Of a stretch of DNA of 64,000 bases, positions 9,529 to 17,727 are shown in pieces. Below the pieces are notes generated by a model, which was not told where the DNA came from, ran no database searches, and saw only the letters and a program-made list of their open reading frames with translations. The stretch's first letter is position 1. Every line of letters begins with the position of its first letter. Source of the DNA: Pirellulales bacterium (GTDB taxonomy: Bacteria > Planctomycetota > Planctomycetia > Pirellulales > JAEUIK01); the NCBI GenBank assembly GCA_019694455.1, contig JAIBBY010000003.1:597-64596 (forward strand), read 5' to 3'. Position numbers and translations under genes: made by a program.

Positions 9529-10950
9529 ATGAAACGATGCCACTGGCCAATTCTCGCGTTCGTTGTCGCACACGAATACTTCAGCGGATTTGCGGCATAC
9601 GCTGTCGCGCAGCAGCCCAAGCTGGTTCCACCTGAAGAGGCGGCGCTCGTTGTGGAAGGGGTGGTGCGCGAGTTGTATACCAGCGAGCGCGAGAATCGCA
9701 CGGACTATCTGGTCGAAATCACGGTAAGTAAGTCCGAAGCGCGACACATCCAGCCGGATGGCGCCCGCCAGCAGTACCCGGCGCCCGGAGAACTGTTGAC
9801 GATCTACGTTTGGCAACGGCATGCACCGACCGGCCGGTTGGGGCAAGTGCAAAATCCACTGCCACCCCCCGCGGAGCGCAGCAGAATCAAAGCGTTTCTG
9901 ACGCCTCGGGAGCAAGGTGGTTGGCAGGCCACCTTTCCCAAGTGGTACGAATTGCTCAACGAATCTGTGGCCGGCGTCACGACGGGCGATCCTCCCCCCA
10001 AAAGGTCACCGACTGACGATGCCACGGACGCAACCCATCTGGGCATGACGCTCGAGCGAATCCAGTTTGCGAACAAGACGGGATTGCGCGTGACCAGCAT
10101 TGAACGTGGCGGCGCGGCTCAACAGGCGGGCCTGGAGGTGGGCGATGTGCTGGTTGGCGCAGGCGAGGCCTCTGTTTCGCTTGAGAGCGTCGAGCAGCTA
10201 CTCGACATGACGGCGGCGAATCCACAACTCGACCTGTTGGTTGTGGATGTGAACACAGGGCGAACCGCCAAAATCACGATCGTCACACGTGCGGCGCCGG
10301 CCAGAGAAACAGAGGCCCAAAATCCCATCGATAACTCGCCGCCCCGCGAGCAACCCAGCGACGAGGATGACGGCCCTTCGCTCGGCATTGCAGCCGAACG
10401 AGTAACCTTAGGGCAGCGCACCGCGCTGAAGGTCAGCCAGGTGGAACCCAACGGCGCCGCGGCGCGAGCAGGTATTGAAGTGGGTGATATTCTGGTCAAA
10501 GCCAATGGCGCGCCGCTGACCGGGCCAGAACAACTTGCGGCAGCGCTGCGCAAGAGCGGGTCGGCCATCACGCTGACGGTGCGTGATGTGCGTACCGGGC
10601 GCGACGTGCCCGTGGAAGTTCCGCTCGGCGGCAGTCCAGTCAAACCGGCGCCCACATTGCCGACGGAACAACCGTCTGCGAACAAAACCGCGCCTGGACA
10701 AATCGGTGTCGTGACCGAACTGGCGTTCTACGACAATGAGGCCGCGGTGAAAGTCACCGAGGTCGAGCGCGGCAGCCCGGCGGAGCGGGCTGGTTTGCAG
10801 GTTGGGACGATCATCGTGCAGGCGGGGGACAAACCGGTGTTGCATCCCAGCGACTTGATCGATGCTGAGCGCGCAGCCAAAGGAAGCTTGCGTTTATCCA
10901 TCGTGGCGCCGGGCAGCCGACGCAAAAGCACCATCGAAGTGCGGCTGTAG
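9529..10950 (+). CDS. Secreted or membrane-anchored protein with three PDZ domains
   Basis: Hydrophobic N-terminus 'WPILAFVVAHEYF'. Three PDZ-like repeats are visible: 'AAQQAGLEVGDVLV', 'AAARAGIEVGDILV' and 'PAERAGLQVGTIIV'. An alternative start lies at 9502. Confidence 0.8.
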   Translation: MKRCHWPILAFVVAHEYFSGFAAYAVAQQPKLVPPEEAALVVEGVVRELYTSERENRTDYLVEITVSKSEARHIQPDGARQQYPAPGELLTIYVWQRHAPTGRLGQVQNPLPPPAERSRIKAFLTPREQGGWQATFPKWYELLNESVAGVTTGDPPPKRSPTDDATDATHLGMTLERIQFANKTGLRVTSIERGGAAQQAGLEVGDVLVGAGEASVSLESVEQLLDMTAANPQLDLLVVDVNTGRTAKITIVTRAAPARETEAQNPIDNSPPREQPSDEDDGPSLGIAAERVTLGQRTALKVSQVEPNGAAARAGIEVGDILVKANGAPLTGPEQLAAALRKSGSAITLTVRDVRTGRDVPVEVPLGGSPVKPAPTLPTEQPSANKTAPGQIGVVTELAFYDNEAAVKVTEVERGSPAERAGLQVGTIIVQAGDKPVLHPSDLIDAERAAKGSLRLSIVAPGSRRKSTIEVRL

Positions 10951-10973
10951 TCGGCGCGAATTGGAAGCGGCGT

Positions 10974-11234
10974 TTAGTCGCCTGGGGGCACAAAATCGTG
11001 GACGTTGATCGTCGGTTTCTCTTTGCGTAGCGAACGAAACCCGTTGGAAACGAAATCGTCCACGGTCGTGATCGCTTTGAACATGTAAGCGGTCTTGTCG
11101 ATGCCGAGTTGCTCGACCTTGAGCACCCGCATCGCCGTAGCCAGCGCCATGAGGCGCTTGGATAGGCTATTCAAGCGGTCCGACAGATCGCGCAGATCGC
11201 GCTCGGAAAAGTCTCCCTTGGCCATGTAAAGCAC
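10974..11234 (-). CDS. Small hypothetical protein (86 aa)
   Basis: ORF with plausible composition and a predicted helical character. No motif recognised. Confidence 0.4.
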   Translation of the reverse strand: MLYMAKGDFSERDLRDLSDRLNSLSKRLMALATAMRVLKVEQLGIDKTAYMFKAITTVDDFVSNGFRSLRKEKPTINVHDFVPPGD

Positions 11235-11800
11235 TCGCGTGGTTGGCAGTGTGATGGTGGATTAACTGCCCTGGCGCCGCAGCCGTTTGCGGTCTGCGAT
11301 CGCCCCGTAGCTATTGTGTGAGCGCTTTGGCCCATTGGCAATGATTCAGGGCGATTTGAGATTAAATTCCGTTGAAATGCCTGCGGCAGTCGATCGGCGC
11401 TTGCGGAATGTTCGCGTTATTCCGAGCGATCAATCGCATGCTCAATCCGGTAGATGTGGTTTGTGTGGGCGCCGCCCGTGCAAATAGTGTCCTGGCTGCT
11501 TGCCACCCGCAATTCCATGAAAGCGATCGACGCCGATAAAGTCGACATCGCCATCCGATAGTTCTCAGGCAGGCGCCGAGGTTGATATGCACGCGCGAGC
11601 CGCGCCACTCGCTTCGGCTCCGGCGCGCCGGAGCACAGCGCAGGTCATGTAGACGACGGCGCAAGAGGCAACGCATTGACGCATCGACATGATGTTCGTC
11701 CCGTTGCAAGAACGACGGCATAATCGAGACGATGCGGATGTTCGCCGGATGAACGGACGCTGACGCCGCTGTCACAGCGCCGCCGGTCGAGACGTTCACG

Positions 11801-12334
11801 CTAAGAGCCGACGCCCGACATGGTCAAGGTGCTGTTCGTCGCCGCGAAGGTCTCGATGGCTCCTTCGGCCTCGATCGGAATAACATCGACCGCCTTGCCA
11901 TAAGGCGACGCCACGGCAAGTAGCTCACCCGCAAACGAAGCCACCGCCGTGGCTTCTAAGCGAACGCGGAAACGAAGATCGCCTTGCCGCGCGAGCAATT
12001 GCCGATTAGCGTCGCGCGACGACGACAATGCGTCAAGGCAGTGCAACGATTGACCATCCACCAGAGCGTTGAGCTGTTCCAGATCACAGGCCACATGCCA
12101 GCGACGCAACAACGTCGCTTCGTGGAGCCATCCTCTCAAGGCGCTCCCTAATCGACGTAGCTCTGCGTTGGTCGCCGCTTCTTGAATGTGAAGCCGTATC
12201 TCGCATTCCCTAGCGGGCACTTCGTCCGCCGCACGAGTGTCCGCCATTTGCGGCCGGAAGCATTGCCATAGTCGGACTGCTTGCCTTGCAAACAGCGCGA
12301 AAGAAGTTTGGATGCCCATACGAAGATTGCCCAA
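11801..12334 (-). CDS. Hypothetical protein (177 aa; the start may be the ATG at 12247)
   Basis: ORF with normal composition. No motif recognised. It is divergent from the small paralog gene at 12545. Confidence 0.45.
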   Translation of the reverse strand: MGNLRMGIQTSFALFARQAVRLWQCFRPQMADTRAADEVPARECEIRLHIQEAATNAELRRLGSALRGWLHEATLLRRWHVACDLEQLNALVDGQSLHCLDALSSSRDANRQLLARQGDLRFRVRLEATAVASFAGELLAVASPYGKAVDVIPIEAEGAIETFAATNSTLTMSGVGS

Positions 12335-12544
12335 GGCGATGTCAGCCGACTGGCGGCGGCGGCCATGCGGCCGCCGCCCGTCAGGTTCCTGCTCCCGCCA
12401 GCCTTACAAAATACTACAAATTTTGTTAAATTTCAACAAAATCAATATTCTGCTGTGAGACAATCGAAAGCTCAGCCTCGCGACATCTCTTGCCGTGACG
12501 CTGATTTCGAACGCGGCCACAGCGATAGTCCGGGAGGCAGTTCG

Positions 12545-12799
12545 GTGTCTTTTTCTGCTCGCTACAGTGTGTTGATTGTGAGCCTTGGCGGATGCGTGCA
12601 TAGCGTGGAAGCCTCGCAGGATTTCGCGTTAGCTGAGGCGATCGAATTCGCCTCCGCCTTCAATCGCGCCGTGGCAGATCGCGGCTATTTTGCCGCGGTG
12701 GCGCCGATTGAACACTCGACCGCTGCCGCGTTCTTGTCGCAAGTGCTGGACCAATGGCGGACCAATCCGCCGTTACCACCAACCGGCGATAGCGGCTAA
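12545..12799 (+). CDS. Small hypothetical protein, paralog of the 12811..13059 product
   Basis: The core 'RYSVLIVSLGGCVHSVEASQDFALAEAIEFASAFNRAVADRGYFAAVAP' aligns with 'RYAIVIVRADGALERVEEEVDLSLSEAVEFATAFNEGVGVAGYCAALVP'. A GTG start at 12545 gives a length matching the paralog. An alternative GTG lies at 12455. Confidence 0.45.
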   Translation: MSFSARYSVLIVSLGGCVHSVEASQDFALAEAIEFASAFNRAVADRGYFAAVAPIEHSTAAAFLSQVLDQWRTNPPLPPTGDSG

Positions 12800-12810
12800 C
12801 CGCCATCGGA

Positions 12811-13059
12811 TCACACCTCTCCGAATGGTTGAGATCGCTGCGGCAGCCCGGCGCTGGCGCCGTTGCAGAGTCGAACCATGTCGGCCGGCGTGCAGCGCGC
12901 CAGTCGCGGCACGAGCGCCGCGCAGTAACCGGCAACACCAACTCCCTCATTGAACGCCGTGGCAAACTCCACCGCTTCGCTCAACGACAAATCGACTTCT
13001 TCCTCCACTCGCTCCAACGCGCCGTCGGCGCGCACGATCACGATCGCATATCTAATCAC
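12811..13059 (-). CDS. Small hypothetical protein (82 aa), paralog of the 12545..12799 product
   Basis: ATG-initiated ORF. It is convergent with its paralog, and only 11 nt (12800-12810) separate the two stop codons. Confidence 0.5.
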   Translation of the reverse strand: MIRYAIVIVRADGALERVEEEVDLSLSEAVEFATAFNEGVGVAGYCAALVPRLARCTPADMVRLCNGASAGLPQRSQPFGEV

Positions 13060-13294
13060 GGCAGCCTCTCTGGTTCCCGTCCGGTCACCCGTCGCTGCGG
13101 CTGACCACCTTCAAATGGATGCGATCGGTCTAAACGCAATCGCCGTGCCGCGACAGCAAAGCCGCAGTTTTGCACGACATGCGGCAATTTTGCTATATGG
13201 AATGGGCGCCAGGCGCCGGCCAACGACAGCCGGAGTTGTGACGCCACAGCGCTAGTTGTATTCCATTGGGCCTGTCGTTGACGCCGCCGACGCG

Positions 13295-14881
13295 TTACTT
13301 CCAATTGCCGCTGACGCGAAGCCGCTTGAGTTTGGCATCGAGGGTCTGGTAGTGGTCAATGCCCAGCAGCCGGGCGGCCTCTGCTTTGACGCCATGCGCC
13401 TGCTCCATGGCGCTGCGCAGCAGGTGTCGCTGCAGTTCATCCATGGCATCTTGCAAGCTAAATCCATCGCCAAGCGGCTGCTCCCACGCTTCCGCGGGTC
13501 GGCGCGCGCTAAAATCGACATCGGCCACCGCGGCGGCGATGTCCTCACGCGAGATCACCTTTCCGGAGCACATGCCCGCCGCTTGCAACAACGCGTTATA
13601 GAGTTGACGCACGTTGCCGGGCCAGGGATACGTCTTGATGAACGTGCGGGCGGCGTCGGAGAGCGGCTTGTCCTGATAGCCTGGTTCGTCGGCGCGGAAT
13701 TGAACGTTCGCGCGTTCCAAGAGCGCGGCCGCCAGCGCTGGAATATCGGAACGTCGATCGCGCAAGGCCGGCACTTTGATGGTGACAACCGCCAATCGGT
13801 AGTACAGATCCTCGCGAAATCGCCCCTCGCCAATGGCGGCCATCAGATCGCGATTGGTGGCGGCGATCACGCGCACATTGCTGGCCAGGTCGCGTGTCCC
13901 TCCCACGCGGCGAAAGACACGTTCGCACAAGCCGCCATCATGTGGCGGCTGCAGCACGCGCAGCAGTTTGGTTTGCAGTGCCAGGTCGCATTCGCCCACT
14001 TCATCCAGGAACAGAGTGCCCCCGTTGGCTAACTCGAACGCGCCATGCCGAGCGCTATGGGCGCCGGTGAAAGCCCCCTTTTCATAGCCAAAGAGTTCCG
14101 ACTCCAACAGTTCCCGCGAGATCGCCGCGCAGTTCATTGCCACAAATGGCTGGTCGCGGCGCGCGCTCGAATCGTGAATCGCGCGCGCGAACAATTCCTT
14201 GCCCGAGCCGCTTTCGCCAAGTAGTAGCGTCGACAGATTGCGCATCGCCGCCCGATGCGCCAAGTCGACCGCCTTCTTCATGATGGGGCTGTCGCCAATG
14301 ATATGTTGAAACCCCGCCAACTCACTGGGGCTGGCCGACTGCTTCTCCAAGTGAGCGTCTGATCTGCGATACAACTCCGGCAAGTAATCGACGGTCAGGT
14401 TGAACGGAATCTCCGTGATCCATGCGTGGCCCTGGTACGTTTGATAGAACGTGGCCGGGTATTTGCTCTTTCCCAGCAGCACCCAGATCGCCGCCATCGC
14501 TGGCGTGCCAGGGCTGAGATGGATGCAGAGTTCTATTTCTCCCCAATCCTTGCGCCGACTCAACCGATCCAACTCGGCGTCGACAATTTTGTAGATCGCC
14601 TTGTAGTCGCTGGGATTGCGCAGACGCACATCGACGGCCTGCGCGGCGGGGCCGACCCAGCGGGCGAACTGTCGCCCTCGCTGATTGGAGTAGTTGTTGA
14701 GCAGTCGAATCTCGTCGAATGCGACTTCGCCGACCAGCGCCTTGATGGGCCCCTCATCGCCCGGTTGCGGAACGCCGCCGCCGACCTCGCGCAGAATTTC
14801 CTTGCGCTGAGTTTCCGAGAGCGTGGCGGCCAGTGACCGCAGGTCGTTGTAGCCAATCCAAGTCAACAGCACGCGTTTCAT
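13295..14881 (-). CDS. RtcR-family sigma-54-dependent transcriptional activator (CARF-like N-domain + AAA+ + Fis-type HTH)
   Basis: The N-terminus 'MKRVLLTWIGYNDL' and 'CIHLSPGTPAMAAIWVLLGKSKYPATFYQTY' resemble the E. coli RtcR N-domain ('LIHITTGTHVAQICWFLLAEARYLPARLIQS'). Walker A is 'GESGSGKELFARAIH', the sigma-54 contact loop is 'GAFTGA', and the C-terminal HTH is 'AARLLGIDHYQTLDAKLKRL'. Confidence 0.85.
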   Translation of the reverse strand: MKRVLLTWIGYNDLRSLAATLSETQRKEILREVGGGVPQPGDEGPIKALVGEVAFDEIRLLNNYSNQRGRQFARWVGPAAQAVDVRLRNPSDYKAIYKIVDAELDRLSRRKDWGEIELCIHLSPGTPAMAAIWVLLGKSKYPATFYQTYQGHAWITEIPFNLTVDYLPELYRRSDAHLEKQSASPSELAGFQHIIGDSPIMKKAVDLAHRAAMRNLSTLLLGESGSGKELFARAIHDSSARRDQPFVAMNCAAISRELLESELFGYEKGAFTGAHSARHGAFELANGGTLFLDEVGECDLALQTKLLRVLQPPHDGGLCERVFRRVGGTRDLASNVRVIAATNRDLMAAIGEGRFREDLYYRLAVVTIKVPALRDRRSDIPALAAALLERANVQFRADEPGYQDKPLSDAARTFIKTYPWPGNVRQLYNALLQAAGMCSGKVISREDIAAAVADVDFSARRPAEAWEQPLGDGFSLQDAMDELQRHLLRSAMEQAHGVKAEAARLLGIDHYQTLDAKLKRLRVSGNWK

Positions 14882-15522
14882 AAGACGCCAATCGATTTGT
14901 GGTTGTTCCAATTATTTTGTAATTGGAGACTCCTCGATTGGCAACTTGCGAGATCGGCAGGCGGTGCGCCGTTCAAGCAATGGCAACCGCTCGCCGTCAG
15001 GTGTCGGCTACTTGTATCATCTCCTTTTGTGCCGGCGTGCCGCGCCAGCGGACCTGTCGCCAACGCACTCGGCCCAGTAGCAATGTCGCGGACGTCCCAA
15101 AGCGCCAAGCATACGCTCGCTCCTGCGGCGGTATGATCAATGGTCGCGATCCGGTCCACTGCCGGCGACAGCGCAGCAATATCCGACCTGCCTGGAACTC
15201 TGAGCGCCACGCGCCAGACTCGCGCATTTTGAGTGAGCGACACCAACGACGCGAGCAAGCCGACTAACAGGAGCAGCGCCGCGAGCGATACCTTCGGCAG
15301 CCGCTGAGATACCCTTTGGGATGACCACCACAGCCCCATTCCCACCAAGACAATGGCGCCCCATTGCCAAGGGCGCAACTGCGGCAACTCGGGCGTGACG
15401 AGCGCCAAAGGGATCGCCACCGCCAGTAGTATTCCGCCCCAACGGACAAGCTCGAAGCCGCGCATTTGGATCCACGGCGCAAAGAGAACTGAATTAAACG
15501 GATGGGGAGGGATTCGATACAT
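14878..15522 (-). CDS. Hypothetical membrane protein, translationally coupled to the RtcR-like gene
   Basis: Its stop TGA overlaps the RtcR-like ATG (ATGA at 14878-14881). It has about 3 hydrophobic segments. The annotated first codons lie inside the 19-bp att repeat, so the true start is probably internal, for example the ATG at 15465. Confidence 0.4.
   Translation of the reverse strand: MYRIPPHPFNSVLFAPWIQMRGFELVRWGGILLAVAIPLALVTPELPQLRPWQWGAIVLVGMGLWWSSQRVSQRLPKVSLAALLLLVGLLASLVSLTQNARVWRVALRVPGRSDIAALSPAVDRIATIDHTAAGASVCLALWDVRDIATGPSALATGPLARHAGTKGDDTSSRHLTASGCHCLNGAPPADLASCQSRSLQLQNNWNNHKSIGVL
15499..15517. repeat. Distal att direct repeat (copy of the tRNA-Ser 3' end)
   Basis: 'cggatggggagggattcga' is identical to 22983..23001. 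Confidence 0.85.
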
Positions 15523-15542
15523 CGCGCCAAACGCGGGAAATA

Positions 15543-15767
15543 GTGGGTTTCTCGACCGAGGCGGCGCAAAATCCGGCGCATGACAAGCGCGAATCTCGGC
15601 AAGCCGTGGCGTTCAGCAAGCGGGCCATGCAAGCCGCTGGCGGTGGCAATCATCACGGTGACGACGTGCTCGACCCCGAGCTACGCAAGATCGTAGCGGC
15701 GTGGTCTACGCTGCCGGAGGGGATGAGGCGGGCCATGCTGGCCATCGTGGAAGCCAACGTGAAGTGA
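15543..15767 (+). CDS. Small hypothetical protein (island-borne)
   Basis: 74-aa ORF from a GTG start; an ATG alternative lies at 15627. No motif recognised. Confidence 0.35.
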   Translation: MGFSTEAAQNPAHDKRESRQAVAFSKRAMQAAGGGNHHGDDVLDPELRKIVAAWSTLPEGMRRAMLAIVEANVK

Positions 15768-15789
15768 ACAGGATCATCACGGCGACAAC

Positions 15790-15804
15790 TGGCACGCTGC
15801 TGGC
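15790..15804 (+). promoter_or_regulatory. Candidate sigma-54 (-24/-12) promoter, 'TGGCACGctgcTGGCg'
   Basis: It matches 10 of the 12 defined positions of TGGCACG-N4-TTGCW, with correct GG/GC spacing. It sits in the 129-156 nt gap (depending on the terS start chosen) upstream of the small terminase gene. Confidence 0.3.
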
Positions 15805-15923
15805 GATCGTCGATGGCGCAGGGATAGGGGGGGTAAAATCTCCACAACGTCAATGCGGGGGACCGCACCTCAAGCGCGCGCAAAAATTCCGGGGTTTTGA
15901 AGCTCACCACAAGGAACAGGTTT

Positions 15924-16334
15924 ATGGGCAAACGGGGACCGAAGCCGAAGCCAAGCGCGTTGCGAGTATTCGAGGGCAAGCCGGGGCATCATCGCCCCAT
16001 CGATCCGCGCGAACCGAAGCCAACAGGCAAGGCCCATGCGCCTGACTGGCTGGACGATGGCGCGCGGGAGGTGTGGTTGAGCACGGCGCCGGCGTTGGAA
16101 GCCATCGGCCTGTTGAGTGACCTGGACGTAAACGCCTTCGCCAACTATTGCCGGCTAGCGGCGCTGGCGCAGAGCGCCTTTGTCGAGAGCGACTTGCCGT
16201 TGTGGCTCAAACTGATTGCGGAGCAACGTCGGCACGGTGGCGACTTCGGACTGACGCCATCATCGCGCGTTGGTCTAAAGGTGGATGGCGCGCGCGAGCT
16301 AGATGAATTGGACGTGTTCAAACGGGGCGGTTGA
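15924..16334 (+). CDS. Phage terminase small subunit, P27 family
   Basis: 'MGKRGPKPKPSALRVFEGKPGHHRPIDPREPKP...APDWLDDGAREVW...DLDVNAFANYC' fits the P27-family N-terminal pattern. An AGGAA-like RBS precedes the ATG. Confidence 0.8.
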   Translation: MGKRGPKPKPSALRVFEGKPGHHRPIDPREPKPTGKAHAPDWLDDGAREVWLSTAPALEAIGLLSDLDVNAFANYCRLAALAQSAFVESDLPLWLKLIAEQRRHGGDFGLTPSSRVGLKVDGARELDELDVFKRGG

Positions 16335-16927
16335 GCGGCGGCCCGCTAGGTTCTTCCTGGCGCGTCAAGCCGCTGATGGCAACGGGAACGAGCATCTATC
16401 GGCGGCAGTCTTGCTTGCGAGCGCTCGCGTTTGCAGACCGTCTACGTTGTCAACGTCTACGGTATTCGCTCAAACGCGGGGAAAACGGCAATACCGTTGA
16501 CAAGCTGCTGCTGGCCGAGCGCGACGAAAACACGATCCGCAAGGACTTTCTGCCGAGTGAGGCTGTCGCCATCGGCGGCGCGCTTGAGGTGTACGAGCGG
16601 AAGAAAGCCAAAGAGCGGCAGCGAGAAGGCGGCAAGAAAGGTGGCGAATCCAAGGGAAAAGCTCTGGAAAATTTTGCCACACCTTCTCGCGCGACGGACA
16701 AGGTGGCGCAGGCGGTTGGGATGTCTCGACCGACCTACGAGAAGGCCAAGGCGGTGGTCGAGGCTGCGAAGGCGGACCCGAAGGCGTTCGGCGACTTGCC
16801 CAAGCTGATGGCCTACTCGATCATCAATCCGATGGCCCGCGCTTCTAGCGTCGTCAGTTCACGCCCTGGCGACGTGCTGGCCATGTCGGGGATGCCGTTC
16901 TCGGCATCGTCTAGCCGATCGGCCTGA
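16331..16927 (+). CDS. ParB-like/HTH protein, possibly degenerate
   Basis: 'ENTIRKDFLPSEAVAIG...AKERQREGGKKGG...DKVAQAVGMSRPTYEKAKAVVEAAK' resembles the post-nuclease and HTH part of phage ParB-like proteins. The N-terminal nuclease motifs are not recognisable and the C-terminal tail is low-complexity. Confidence 0.4.
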   Translation: MSGGPLGSSWRVKPLMATGTSIYRRQSCLRALAFADRLRCQRLRYSLKRGENGNTVDKLLLAERDENTIRKDFLPSEAVAIGGALEVYERKKAKERQREGGKKGGESKGKALENFATPSRATDKVAQAVGMSRPTYEKAKAVVEAAKADPKAFGDLPKLMAYSIINPMARASSVVSSRPGDVLAMSGMPFSASSSRSA

Positions 16928-17071
16928 GAGTTGGTCAGTAGTCCGAAGCGGCGTTAGAATCTCACGCGGGAAGCCGGGTAGCTCCTGGCGTAATTCGGTT
17001 CGGGCGCGCGGTGCTTCTACCTTCGCATGGCGCGCCTGAACCGGCCCGTTCTCACGCACGGAGGGTAGATC

Positions 17072-17671
17072 ATGACGCGCGCTCGCAAGAAACCTCTCTA
17101 CACCACGGAGAGAGTCAGCACGGGCATCTATGTGAACATCAAGACCGCCGCGAATACGACGGAGGGCTTGAAGGCGCTCATTGACGAATTCATGAAGGCG
17201 CAGAACGCAACATTCGACCTGCCCGCGCGGCTAGCCAAGATCGAGGAAGATGCGGCCCGAGTGCTCGACCTGCCGAAGAATGAGCGGCCCGACAGCGTGG
17301 CGGACGACGCGAGAAGAGCGCGGAGTGAGGCGAAGTGCGTCCGCATGGCGATGGAGGCGGGAGACGTGGCCCGAGCGGTCTGTCATGCCATCACGTTGGG
17401 GAGAATCGTAGAGCAGTGGAGCGTGCGTCCGTTTGAGCCGCTGGTGAGAGACGCGAAGAAAGCTCATGAAGGCAGGGCGAAGGGGGCGATTGCGACACGC
17501 GAGAAAGCGACGGCACGGCGGAAGGCGTGGCAATCTGACGTTGAGAGGCATATGGATGATCCTCACGTGAGTTACACCCTGGCGTGTAAGCGCGTGGCAT
17601 CAACTGCGGGGGTGTCTGAGAGCACGGTGCGGATTGGCACCACCAACCCCCGCCCGAAGCGCAAAGGCTAA
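17072..17671 (+). CDS. Hypothetical protein with a C-terminal HTH-like segment
   Basis: 199 aa. Contains 'SYTLACKRVASTAGVSESTVR'. A GGAGGG RBS lies upstream. Confidence 0.5.
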   Translation: MTRARKKPLYTTERVSTGIYVNIKTAANTTEGLKALIDEFMKAQNATFDLPARLAKIEEDAARVLDLPKNERPDSVADDARRARSEAKCVRMAMEAGDVARAVCHAITLGRIVEQWSVRPFEPLVRDAKKAHEGRAKGAIATREKATARRKAWQSDVERHMDDPHVSYTLACKRVASTAGVSESTVRIGTTNPRPKRKG

Positions 17672-17727
17672 GCCCCTGCGCGCAAGGGCTAAGCCCCTGC
17701 GCGAAATAGTTGCGCAAAGGCTAAGCC
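17659..17727 (+). repeat. Three phased 16-bp direct repeats GCGCAA(A/G)GGCTAAGCC
   Basis: Copies start at 17659, 17680 and 17712, giving spacings of 21 and 32 nt. The region also contains extra TGCGCA half-sites. Confidence 0.6.

Noticed and set aside
15499-15517. A possible second (pseudo) tRNA gene at the left end of the island.
   Set aside because: Only the 3'-terminal 19 nt of tRNA-Ser are present and there is no cloverleaf. It is best explained as the att duplication generated by integration.
10974-15522. A canonical Rtc RNA-repair operon (rtcB/rtcA) next to the RtcR-like regulator.
   Set aside because: No ORF in this region, or anywhere in the window, shows RtcB ligase or RtcA cyclase features. 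The neighbours are small unknown ORFs, so only the regulator is called.
16331-16927. Calling the island ORF an intact ParB nuclease/partition protein.
   Set aside because: Only the post-nuclease and HTH portion is recognisable. The N-terminal ParB motif (GERR-type box) is not visible in any frame and the C-terminus is low-complexity, so I list it only as ParB-like and possibly degenerate.
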